NCBI GenBank assembly: GCA_035627515.1
Contig: DASPLQ010000012.1
Location: 521,269 to 565,557, forward strand
DNA length: 44,289 bases
From: Vitreimonas sp.
Lineage (GTDB): Bacteria; Patescibacteriota; Microgenomatia; UBA1400; PJMF01
Direction: 5' to 3'
Every line of letters begins with the position of its first letter. The stretch's first letter is position 1. Made by a program: the position numbers and the translations under genes. The notes under the pieces are model-generated. The model was not told the DNA's origin and did no database searches. It saw only the letters and a program-made list of their open reading frames with translations. Below, piece by piece: positions 19,599-28,135 of the stretch.

Positions 19599-19973
19599 AT
19601 GAATAAGAAAAGTGAAATTTCCCTCGAAACCGGGAAGAAAAAGGTTGTCTATATAATTATTGGAATGCTTATTTTTGACTTTAGCAGTCAACTGTTGTCT
19701 GTAGCTGTAGGTGATCACTCAACCACAGATGTAGTTAGGCTAATTCTGACTTTAGTTTTGGTAAACTTTTTATATAAAGGCCACAATTGGGCAAGAATAA
19801 TTACCATGCTTTTATATTTCTTAACATTCCTAGGAGCTTTGGGAATGTTAGTAGCAGTTCCAGACTCTGTCGTAAAGATAGCTTCAGTAGTACTTTTGGT
19901 ATGGGCGAGTGCAGTTATCTATGTATTAGGTTACATGCCTGATGTAAAACAATATTTTCATCGAAACAAATGA
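19599..19973 (+). CDS. Small 4-TM membrane protein in the immunity array
   Basis: Four hydrophobic segments with LYKGHNWAR; overlaps the next gene (ATGA). Confidence 0.6.
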   Translation: MNKKSEISLETGKKKVVYIIIGMLIFDFSSQLLSVAVGDHSTTDVVRLILTLVLVNFLYKGHNWARIITMLLYFLTFLGALGMLVAVPDSVVKIASVVLLVWASAVIYVLGYMPDVKQYFHRNK

Positions 19974-20284
19974 GTGTATATATCGAAGAAATTATTAAAG
20001 TCGCTAAAAAAATTCTTAACGAAGAAATAAATATAATTGAAGGTTCACGCTTAATTTCATCTTTAAGACATAATACTCAGTTTCCTGATAGCACTATTTT
20101 TTATGCCTTTAGAGCAGTAGATTCAGAGACTGAAAACTTTTTGATTGAAGAAGCGAAAAAGTTTGCTGACAAAGAATATTTGAAAAAGTTAGATAGTGAA
20201 AAAGAAATTTATACTAAAGAAATGAATGAAATTATTTTTGATGCAAGTCAGAAATTAATCAAAGAACTTACTAAGTTAAAATAA
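19970..20284 (+). CDS. Putative immunity protein (DUF2489-like)
   Basis: IIEGSRLISSLRH...AVDSETE pattern. Confidence 0.5.
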   Translation: MSVYIEEIIKVAKKILNEEINIIEGSRLISSLRHNTQFPDSTIFYAFRAVDSETENFLIEEAKKFADKEYLKKLDSEKEIYTKEMNEIIFDASQKLIKELTKLK

Positions 20285-20293
20285 TAAATTTGA

Positions 20294-20629
20294 ATGCCTT
20301 GGTCAGAAATAATAAAAGAAATATTATCAGTAGGAGTTCCTTTACATAACAAAGGAGTTGATAATTGGGCACTTACAAAAGAACAGGCACTTTTAGCAGC
20401 AGAGCAATTAATGAACTTGAAAATATCAATTTTAGGTGGTGATGTTTACGAGCTGAGTGATGGTGAAATAATACCAACTTATGATAACTGGTATACGCAA
20501 CGGCTGATAAATGAAAATAAAGAGGAATACCTTTTAAGAACCATTTCTGAGACTCGTAAGTATATAGCGAATTATAAAAGTGCAAGTGATAAACAGATTT
20601 ATTTTGTTTTGGTACCTAAATTTAATTGA
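20294..20629 (+). CDS. Imm40-family immunity protein
   Basis: WALTKEQAL...ILGGDVY...YDNWY; the GGD motif is characteristic of Imm40. Confidence 0.75.
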   Translation: MPWSEIIKEILSVGVPLHNKGVDNWALTKEQALLAAEQLMNLKISILGGDVYELSDGEIIPTYDNWYTQRLINENKEEYLLRTISETRKYIANYKSASDKQIYFVLVPKFN

Positions 20630-21096
20630 TATTGGCAACTATGACATCCAAAGAGTTCTACAGTGAAATCAATAAAACCATTGGAAATGATTTAAAAACT
20701 CTAGGGTTTAAAAAGAGTAAAAGTGGAATGTTAAGTTGGTATAAACCTTATAAGGATAAGTATTTTACTTTTTGGTTTCAGGTTAATAGATGGGGATGGA
20801 GTGATAACGAAGGTTCAAGTTTTTGTATTGAATTTCAATTTGCCGATAACTTTTTACCCGGCCACGGTAAAGCTAGAGAAAGAATAATTAAGCTTTTAGA
20901 TAAAGACAAATTAATTGAAGCTCATGAAATACAAACCAGAGTACACACTAAAATTGGCTTTATAAGTTCGGAAAATGACTTTTCAGGAAAAGAATATACC
21001 TGGTTTAAGTACTTTGATGAAGAAGATGCTCAAACTTGGGCAAAATTTTTTTTAAGAGCACTGCCTAGCTTAGTTAATAGATTTTTTATTAATTAG
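20626..21096 (+). CDS. Putative immunity protein (DUF4304-like); start may be ATG 20641
   Basis: LKTLGFKK...FWFQVNRW...SFCIEF pattern; last gene of the AT-rich array. Confidence 0.5.
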   Translation: MILATMTSKEFYSEINKTIGNDLKTLGFKKSKSGMLSWYKPYKDKYFTFWFQVNRWGWSDNEGSSFCIEFQFADNFLPGHGKARERIIKLLDKDKLIEAHEIQTRVHTKIGFISSENDFSGKEYTWFKYFDEEDAQTWAKFFLRALPSLVNRFFIN

Positions 21097-21148
21097 GGTT
21101 AATCTTTCCGTTATTAAAAAAACATTAACTCATCAGGCAATTTGCAAC

Positions 21149-21176
21149 TTGTCTCACCACTATTTTTTTGTATACT
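21149..21176 (+). promoter_or_regulatory. sigma70-like promoter
   Basis: TTGTCT-N16-TATACT upstream of ATG 21206. Confidence 0.45.
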
Positions 21177-21205
21177 ATTTTGAGAATTAAGTCTCGGGAT
21201 TTTTT

Positions 21206-21949
21206 ATGATAATTGTTTGGGCGGGATATGGATGGCTAGTGCCTGTAATCGTAATAGCAAGTTTGTTTGTTTCATTTTTGCTTGATAATATTTTGAAAAC
21301 TAACTTTAATAGCTTTTTTCCTGAAGAGTTATTTTTAGGAATTGCTTTGTTACTGAGCGCAGCTGGTACCTACTGGCTGAACGAATATTTCAACAAAAGC
21401 CAGGGTCAAGAAATCACTCATCCTCAAACAGGTAAAACTATCAAAGTGTTACCTAACCATACCTTGTACTTTGTGCCTATTAAATATTGGGCGGGTTTGT
21501 TGTTATTAGGAGCATTATATTTTGCAGCTATTGCTTTGACCGGTGGTTCCTCATTTTTAAGTAGCTCAGAAATCGAAACTGAAAACACTGTCTTAGTGAA
21601 TGAAAATGATCCGCTCATAGCAGAAGCTGAAAGAACGGCTCAAGCCACGCTGAAAGAGTTCATCGGGCGTTTAAATACTAAAGATCCTAAGTTTACTTAT
21701 TCGATCAAAACCGTGATTGGTGAAGCAGAACACATTTGGGTAGAAGTCTCAAACTATGAAGCTGGGAGTTTTAATGGTGTTATCGCCAATGAACCATTTT
21801 ATGAAAAATATAAATTGGGCGATCCTATTAAAGTTAAAGAAACTGAAGTCGAAGACTGGATTATTCATGATGAAAATTTCAAGACGGTTGCTGGAGGGTT
21901 TAGCATAGAAGCTTTACAAGAAGCAAAAAAAACGAATCAAAAAAAGTAA
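21206..21949 (+). CDS. Membrane protein with C-terminal DUF2314 (YegJ-like) domain
   Basis: N-terminal 3-TM module MIIVWAGYGWL...HTLYFVPIKYW; C-terminal EHIWV...GVIANEP...VEDW...GGFS. Confidence 0.7.
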   Translation: MIIVWAGYGWLVPVIVIASLFVSFLLDNILKTNFNSFFPEELFLGIALLLSAAGTYWLNEYFNKSQGQEITHPQTGKTIKVLPNHTLYFVPIKYWAGLLLLGALYFAAIALTGGSSFLSSSEIETENTVLVNENDPLIAEAERTAQATLKEFIGRLNTKDPKFTYSIKTVIGEAEHIWVEVSNYEAGSFNGVIANEPFYEKYKLGDPIKVKETEVEDWIIHDENFKTVAGGFSIEALQEAKKTNQKK

Positions 21950-21961
21950 CCCTAAATAAGT

Positions 21962-22378
21962 ATGGACACAGCTTCAGCCTCGTTTCCCATCTATAGAAAT
22001 AGTAACTTTGTTATCGCGCTGAATATCCTTAGTTTTTTTATCCCTTTCTTTATGGTAGTGCCGTTACTGATTATGATTACTGGTCCTGTTTATGATGCCC
22101 AAACGAAAGTGAAGTGGGCTAAGACCGAGACAGTGGGAGTGATGTGTTGGTTGGCTTTGATCTTAATTATTTGGCTATGGTTTGCCTTAAGTGGTTGGCA
22201 AGGTGTTGATTTTTATTTAGTGGGGCGTACCTTTGCGCACTTTTTGATGGCTATGGGTGTAACAGTGGTAATAGATGAGCAACTGAAGCGATCTTCTCGG
22301 TGGCTCAGGGTACTCGTAGGTGCGATCGTATTTTTGGTGGTATTTATCCTGACAGTGGTTCTGGCTGCGATGGGGTAA
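21962..22378 (+). CDS. Hypothetical 4-TM membrane protein
   Basis: 138-aa hydrophobic ORF, co-oriented and 12 nt after the previous gene. Confidence 0.65.
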   Translation: MDTASASFPIYRNSNFVIALNILSFFIPFFMVVPLLIMITGPVYDAQTKVKWAKTETVGVMCWLALILIIWLWFALSGWQGVDFYLVGRTFAHFLMAMGVTVVIDEQLKRSSRWLRVLVGAIVFLVVFILTVVLAAMG

Positions 22379-22446
22379 ATTACATTTTTTAACCAAAATT
22401 TAATTTTTATCGATTGATCGCTACATCTAGTCTTACATCCCATAAT

Positions 22447-22475
22447 TTGACTTCTGGGCACTATTTTTATATACT
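22447..22475 (+). promoter_or_regulatory. sigma70 promoter
   Basis: TTGACT-N17-TATACT, 13 nt before TTG 22489. Confidence 0.7.
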
Positions 22476-22488
22476 TACTCGTTGGTGA

Positions 22489-23055
22489 TTGAAATTTATG
22501 TGGAAACACACTCGGTTGCTGCTCTCAACTACGGCATTGCTTTCTGGAGGTTTAATTCTCTGGGTGTCACTGTCGTCAGTGCCCACCGTTTTCTCTGCTA
22601 ATGGTACTACTGAAGCCAGCAAACGCAGCGTATACATGGAAGGGGAGATTCTTCCTGACCATTTAGCATATCCAGTTTTGATGGCTGTAGATCGCGTCAA
22701 ACTCGAGACGGCTGCCCCTCACGATCAAGTCTTTATGAAAGTTGAGTATGGCAATCGCCGTATTGAGTACGCTCAAGAACTGATTGATAAAGACAATACA
22801 CCTGTCGCCCTGTCCACCCTCACCAAAGCCCTCAAGTATCTTCACAAAGCCGGTCAAACCGCCCTCGAAATCGAAGCTCCTGACAACACTAAGCAGTACG
22901 TTATTAAAACCCTCGACTATCACCACCAAACTATCGAAAAAATGAAAAGTCGTTTTCCTGACCCTGATCGAGTCGTTCTTGATCAACTTCAGAATGAAAA
23001 CTTGATTATGAAAGCTCAACTGCACGACAGTATGAGTTCTTCTCTAGAGCGCTAA
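22489..23055 (+). CDS. Secreted helical protein, DUF5667-like
   Basis: Signal/TM segment followed by ILPDHLAYPVLMAVDRVKL. Confidence 0.6.
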   Translation: MKFMWKHTRLLLSTTALLSGGLILWVSLSSVPTVFSANGTTEASKRSVYMEGEILPDHLAYPVLMAVDRVKLETAAPHDQVFMKVEYGNRRIEYAQELIDKDNTPVALSTLTKALKYLHKAGQTALEIEAPDNTKQYVIKTLDYHHQTIEKMKSRFPDPDRVVLDQLQNENLIMKAQLHDSMSSSLER

Positions 23056-23147
23056 ATTCGAACTGTGACTGATACAGTTTGCACTGCTTTTTAGCGTTGA
23101 CAGCCTTCCGTTCAGTGTGCGATTCTTAATACCCTGCGATCACCAAA

Positions 23148-23195
23148 ACACAAAATATTGTGGTTTTACTATTTAATATACACAATATGTATTGA
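23148..23195 (+). promoter_or_regulatory. Tandem NrdR boxes
   Basis: ACACAAAATATTGTGG (23148-23163) and ACACAATATGTATTGA (23180-23195), 32 bp apart, matching acaCwAtATaTwGtg. TTGACA lies at 23097. Confidence 0.8.
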
Positions 23196-23206
23196 CTGCA
23201 GTCGTT

Positions 23207-23659
23207 ATGAAGTGTCCATATTGCAATAAGCCCGATACAGCCGTTGTTGACTCGCGCGAAGCCGATGATCAAACCTCAATTCGTCGTCGTCGCACGTGCC
23301 AAAGCTGTGACAAACGTTTCACTACGTATGAGCGAATTGAAGGTATTGATCTCAAAGTCATCAAGAAGGATGGCACCAAAGAAGATTTTAATCGTGAGAA
23401 ATTACGCCGAGGTATTGTCAAAGCCACCTGGAAGCGCCCAGTGTCGATGGCCGACATCGAAGACTTAATCACCGATATCGAGTGTCGCTTGCGCCAAAAG
23501 CAAACCACTGAAGTCAAAAGTTGGGAAATTGGCAATTTAGTCATTAATAGCCTCAGAAAAATCGACAAGTTATCGTACTTGTTGTTCGCCAGTGTCTATC
23601 GAGATTTCGAGAGCATTGATGACTTTGAAACAGAAATTAATAGTTTAAAAGGAGAGTAA
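23207..23659 (+). CDS. nrdR: Transcriptional repressor NrdR
   Basis: MKCPYC...VVDSR...IRRRRTCQSCDKRFTTYER zinc ribbon plus ATP cone. ATG 23207 preferred over TTG 23192. Confidence 0.97.
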   Translation: MKCPYCNKPDTAVVDSREADDQTSIRRRRTCQSCDKRFTTYERIEGIDLKVIKKDGTKEDFNREKLRRGIVKATWKRPVSMADIEDLITDIECRLRQKQTTEVKSWEIGNLVINSLRKIDKLSYLLFASVYRDFESIDDFETEINSLKGE

Positions 23660-23665
23660 TAGTCA

Positions 23666-23755
23666 GAGTAATTAAGTAACTGAGTAATTTAGTAATTGTT
23701 CATCTGAGGCAGCAAGGCTAACAGTGATCTCGATTACTTAATAACTTAATCACTC
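23666..23755. repeat. Octamer-periodic inverted-repeat intergenic element, copy 1
   Basis: AGTAA at 23667, 23675, 23683, 23691; a loop; then GATTACTT AATAACTT AATCACTC (23732-23755). Confidence 0.85.
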
Positions 23756-23777
23756 ACCAACTAAAACGGAGTTTTTT

Positions 23778-25988
23778 ATGTCACCAATGGCATCGTTACC
23801 AAAGAAAAAAATGAAGTTCACTGATCGTAAACTCGACAGTGGCATGGGCATGGCAGTTGCTAAACGTACCTACCTGCGCAAACTGACCGATCCTCAAACC
23901 GGTCGAGAACGCTGGGAAACCTGGGCTGAAGTGGCAGACCGTGTCGCCAACGGCAACAGTGCCTTGTTGAAAAACTTTGGTAAAAAATTTGAAAAAGATC
24001 GCCAAGCTGAGTACGATTTACTCAAGACCCATATCACTAATGGCTCGATCTTGATGTCCGGTCGCCACCTCCAACACGGCGATGAGACCCAACCTACCCG
24101 CAACATGGAGGTTTTCACGAACTGTAGTACGGCATCTTCGTCTTATATTCTGTTTTACTTACTGATGAACGGTTCTGGAGTTGGGCGCCCTTACGACGAC
24201 GATATGTGTGTGGTGAACTGGGACAATATGCCTAACATCCGGTGCGTGATTGCTGATGACCACGCTGATTTTGTCTGGGGCTTTGATGAAAGTGTCCGCG
24301 ATGCAAAGCATAAGTATGGTGACTGTGACGACGAGGGTGTCCACTGGTTTGAAGTGCCTGATAGCCGTGAAGGTTGGGCCCAAGCCGTGGAGATGTTGGA
24401 AGTCATGGCCTATGAGCGCAAGTACAAAGATGACTTATTGATTTTAGATTTCTCTAAAGTTCGTCCTAAAGGTGCCCCGATCAAGGGTATGCAAAACCGT
24501 CCTTCTTCTGGTCCTAAACCATTGATGAACGCGATTTTGAAAGTGGCGACTATCAAAGGGGCTTGCCTCTCACCATGGAAACAAGCCATGTTTGTGGATC
24601 ATTACTTGGCAGAATGTGTGTTAGTAGGAGGTGCTCGTCGCAGTGCCCGGATTGCCACTAAAAACTGGACTGATCCTGAAGTCTTTGATTTCATTAACAT
24701 CAAGCGTGGTGGTTTCTTATGGAGTGCTAATAACTCGGTGGCTGTAGATGACAAATTTTGGAAACAAAAAACTGGTCATGCTCGCAAAGTTTTAGAAGCG
24801 ATCATGAAGGCCTCCTACGAAGATGGTACTGGCGAGCCAGGGTTTATTAACCAACACCGCTTAGTCCAGAACGATGAGGGGTATGAAGGTTACCAAGATG
24901 GCAAGTACGCCGAGAGTTCTAAGTACAAGCCGTTGGCTCGTACCGAGAAAATGTTGTCCAAATTGGCTCGCAACGCCGGCGCGAAAGTCTATTCCCAAAT
25001 TCCTAATCCTTGTGGTGAGATTTCACTCAACATGTTGGGCGGTTACTGTGTGATTGCTGATGTGGTGCCTTATTTTGCACCCAGCATCGACGATGCCGAG
25101 CAAGCCTTCCGAGCTACCACCCGGGCTTTGATGCGCGTCAACAGTATGGACTGTTTGTACAATCGCGAAGTCAAGCGGACCAACCGGATTGGGGTCGGGA
25201 TGACCGGCATTCACGAGTTTGCCTGGAACATGTTTGGATATTCATTCCGCGACGTCATTGATGAAGAGAAAGCCAAAGATTTCTGGATGACGATGGCACG
25301 TTTCAAACGCGCAGTAGTCGAGGAAGCTGAGAGCTATGCCAAAAAATTAGGAGTGGTGGTGCCACACACCAACACTACTATCAAGCCCTCTGGCACGATC
25401 TCGAAGCTGTTTGCCTTGACCGAAGGTGCTCACTTACCCAGTATGCGCGAGTACATTCGCTGGGTGCAGTATCGCAACGATGATCCTCAAGTCAAGAAAT
25501 ACGTGGAAAAGGGATACCCTTTCAAAGAGTTGAAGAGTTATCAAGGTACTACCGCCGTAGGTTTCCCAACTCAGCCGCTCATTTGCCGCTTGGGTATGGG
25601 TGATGAATTAGTGACCGCTGCGGAAGCCACTCCAGAAGAGCAGTACAAATGGTTGATGTTACTCGAGAAATACTGGATTGTGGGTGTGGATGAACAAGGT
25701 AATCCTTTGGAAGACACTGGTAACCAAGTTTCCTACACCTTGAAGTATGATCCTAAACGCGTCACCTATGATGAGTATTCTGAGATGGTGCGTAAGTATC
25801 AAGGTCTCATCAAGTGCTGTTCGGTCATGCCGCAACAAGACAGTACCGCTTACGAGTACCAACCAGAGCAACCAGTCACCATTTCTGAGTTCATGCGCGT
25901 CTTGGATGAAATCGAAAAAGACACCGAGCTCTTGGAAGACATTGATTATGAGCACCTGAAGTGCGAGAGTGGTGCTTGTCCGATTTAA
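23778..25988 (+). CDS. nrdJ: Class II (adenosylcobalamin-dependent) ribonucleotide reductase, monomeric RTPR-like
   Basis: TNCS, GSGVG, NPCGE, TTIKPSGT and C-terminal CESGACPI; follows nrdR; no NrdB/NrdG partner nearby. Confidence 0.85.
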   Translation: MSPMASLPKKKMKFTDRKLDSGMGMAVAKRTYLRKLTDPQTGRERWETWAEVADRVANGNSALLKNFGKKFEKDRQAEYDLLKTHITNGSILMSGRHLQHGDETQPTRNMEVFTNCSTASSSYILFYLLMNGSGVGRPYDDDMCVVNWDNMPNIRCVIADDHADFVWGFDESVRDAKHKYGDCDDEGVHWFEVPDSREGWAQAVEMLEVMAYERKYKDDLLILDFSKVRPKGAPIKGMQNRPSSGPKPLMNAILKVATIKGACLSPWKQAMFVDHYLAECVLVGGARRSARIATKNWTDPEVFDFINIKRGGFLWSANNSVAVDDKFWKQKTGHARKVLEAIMKASYEDGTGEPGFINQHRLVQNDEGYEGYQDGKYAESSKYKPLARTEKMLSKLARNAGAKVYSQIPNPCGEISLNMLGGYCVIADVVPYFAPSIDDAEQAFRATTRALMRVNSMDCLYNREVKRTNRIGVGMTGIHEFAWNMFGYSFRDVIDEEKAKDFWMTMARFKRAVVEEAESYAKKLGVVVPHTNTTIKPSGTISKLFALTEGAHLPSMREYIRWVQYRNDDPQVKKYVEKGYPFKELKSYQGTTAVGFPTQPLICRLGMGDELVTAAEATPEEQYKWLMLLEKYWIVGVDEQGNPLEDTGNQVSYTLKYDPKRVTYDEYSEMVRKYQGLIKCCSVMPQQDSTAYEYQPEQPVTISEFMRVLDEIEKDTELLEDIDYEHLKCESGACPI

Positions 25989-26011
25989 GCTTAATTAACA
26001 GAACAACACAA

Positions 26012-26040
26012 AAAAGGGCTCCTGGATCAGGGGCCCTTTT
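26012..26040 (+). terminator. Rho-independent terminator after nrdJ
   Basis: AAAAGGGCTCCTG-GAT-CAGGGGCCCTTTT. Confidence 0.85.
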
Positions 26041-26079
26041 GGTTGCAGAGAAGAAAGAATTAGCTCATACTGATTAAAT

Positions 26080-26970
26080 ATGTTGGAAAATACCGCAGAT
26101 GACCACAACAGGTTGGCTGAAAATCCCTTCAAAAAAAGTTTTCTTCGTCGTCGGAACACCACTGAAACTGGGGTGAGTGCTCACTCGTCTGCGCCTGAAG
26201 CAAAAGTTGCTCCCCGCCGACAAGCTCCTACTGAACAATTGAAGGCTGCGGCGGCAGAACTAAGTCCTGAGCAGCTACAAGAGGCAGTGAAGCGCCAAGA
26301 GTTACGAGTCAGAATGTTACAAGCCGCGTTAGCAGGTGCTCAAGAAGAGTTGACAATGCTTCAGGATATAAAGGCTGAGCGGCAGACTCGAACTCAAGAA
26401 ATGGATACTACCACCCTCATTGAAAGCATCTCAAATCAATTAGCTGGTATCGAGATTCAAATTAGAGAGGCTTTTAACTTTGAGAGTGTTGAGAAGGCGG
26501 CGTTAGCTGTCGGCGAACAAAAAGGTGCGTTAGCAAATGTGCATTTACAGTTAGAGAAGCTTACATTGGCAGCTATAGGCTCTCTTTCTGAAACGGTGAA
26601 GCAGTTAGAACTCAAGAAACATGAGTTGGCACGTCTAATTGAACACATAGTAATTATTTTAGAGCAGATTTATAAACGTACGGATGGCATCAAGCCGGAA
26701 CCACGAGAGACAGTATGGTTGACTGCACATCAGTCATATAGAGCTATCATGACAGAGGCAGTCGCGCAGCAACATGAAGCATTTTTTCAAGATGTGCTGA
26801 CCAATGGTAAAGAGAGCAGAACAGCTGTTAAGCCACCGAGTTTGCCAACCTTAATTAATAAATTTGGTTTAGAGGCTTTTGGGCTGAGTAATTGGGGAAA
26901 TAAGACAGTACTCATGAGGTCACATTTTCAAGAAATATTCGCACCACCAATTCCAGTGGCGGTATCGTAA
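26080..26970 (+). CDS. Hypothetical coiled-coil-rich protein
   Basis: 296-aa ORF with heptad-like A/E/Q/L runs; no family recognised. Confidence 0.65.
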   Translation: MLENTADDHNRLAENPFKKSFLRRRNTTETGVSAHSSAPEAKVAPRRQAPTEQLKAAAAELSPEQLQEAVKRQELRVRMLQAALAGAQEELTMLQDIKAERQTRTQEMDTTTLIESISNQLAGIEIQIREAFNFESVEKAALAVGEQKGALANVHLQLEKLTLAAIGSLSETVKQLELKKHELARLIEHIVIILEQIYKRTDGIKPEPRETVWLTAHQSYRAIMTEAVAQQHEAFFQDVLTNGKESRTAVKPPSLPTLINKFGLEAFGLSNWGNKTVLMRSHFQEIFAPPIPVAVS

Positions 26971-26981
26971 TTGATCAATTA

Positions 26982-28058
26982 CTAGTTTTCATCCACCTTC
27001 CACCGTGGTCGGCGATCGATATTCTGGGGTTCGGCTGGCACCAACCCCTCAGCCCATCGCAACCCAGCAGCGACTCCAATCATGGCGGCATTATCACCAC
27101 AGAGTTTTTTGGTGTAGGGAGTACTGAGGCGTAAACCGTGAGGTTTTAAGAGCTGGCGCAAACTCTGACGTAACGTCATATTAGCTGCCACACCACCTCC
27201 TAGCCAGACAGCTTTAATTTCGGGATGAGCTCCGAGGAGTTTTTCTAGTTTATAGGTAAGGGCGCGGAAGACTCCTTTTTGAAATGAAGCAGCGAAGTCA
27301 TACACAGTTTGTTTGTCGAGTTTGTTTTCGGTCTCTAGTTTGGTGAGTAAATTGCGGCTATACGTTTTCATGCCGGAAAAACTTAAGTTGAAGTCGCGGC
27401 TGGTAGTCATCGGGAGGGGGAACTTAAAGGTAGTCGCGTCACCAAGTTTGGCAAATTGTTCAATCACGGGGCCAGCGGGATAACCCAAATCCAGCATCCG
27501 CCCCACTTTGTCGAGGACTTCGCCCGCGGCGTCATCGATGGTCCAGCCCAGGCGTTGATACTCACCAATCTTATTCACTAACACAAAATCAGAATGTCCG
27601 CCAGAGATAATTAATGATAGGACAGGGAAACGGAGTGCGGGTGATTGTGAATGTTGGGTTTTGGGTTTTGCTAACACTGAGACCACATGACCTTCAATAT
27701 GATTAACGGGGATGAGGGGCAACTGATGTTCAGCAGCCAGTTGTTTGGCAAATTCGAGGCCAACCTCCAAAGCCGGTGCCAATCCCGGACCTTGGGTGAC
27801 CGCCAGGGCTTGAATGTCTGGCAAGGTAAGACCAGCCCGTTTGAGGGCTGCCGCCACCGTGGGTGCCAAATTTTCGCGATGGGCTTGTTTGGCAACCGTA
27901 GGAAAAACTCCACCATATTGTTTGTGAAGTTGAGCTTGGGAAGCGACGATGTTGGAGAGAACGGTTGTTCCTTGCGTGACCGCCACCGAGGTTTCATCAC
28001 ACGAAGTGTCGATAGCTAAAACAAGAGGCTGAGTGATGTTATTAAACTGAATAGGCAT
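26982..28058 (-). CDS. tsaD: tRNA threonylcarbamoyladenosine synthase TsaD
   Basis: LAIDTSCDETSVA, HKQYGGVFP, GPGL, NHIEGH, DDAAGEVLDK, GGVAAN, CGDNAAMI. Confidence 0.97.
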   Translation of the reverse strand: MPIQFNNITQPLVLAIDTSCDETSVAVTQGTTVLSNIVASQAQLHKQYGGVFPTVAKQAHRENLAPTVAAALKRAGLTLPDIQALAVTQGPGLAPALEVGLEFAKQLAAEHQLPLIPVNHIEGHVVSVLAKPKTQHSQSPALRFPVLSLIISGGHSDFVLVNKIGEYQRLGWTIDDAAGEVLDKVGRMLDLGYPAGPVIEQFAKLGDATTFKFPLPMTTSRDFNLSFSGMKTYSRNLLTKLETENKLDKQTVYDFAASFQKGVFRALTYKLEKLLGAHPEIKAVWLGGGVAANMTLRQSLRQLLKPHGLRLSTPYTKKLCGDNAAMIGVAAGLRWAEGLVPAEPQNIDRRPRWKVDEN

Positions 28059-28135
28059 AGGAAAGAAAGGTATATCAGGTATGGTATTATAGCAATCGTC
28101 CTGTAATAAAAATTTTTAAAACCTGAAATGAGCAT

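Noticed and set aside
16805-21100. Integron cassette array or orphan toxin-tip cassettes
   Set aside because: No attC-like repeats in the short intergenic gaps, no integron integrase, and no repeated RHS-core fragments seen.
23660-23777. Cobalamin riboswitch upstream of nrdJ
   Set aside because: No B12-box or GGGAA core is recognisable, and the region is explained by the octamer element.
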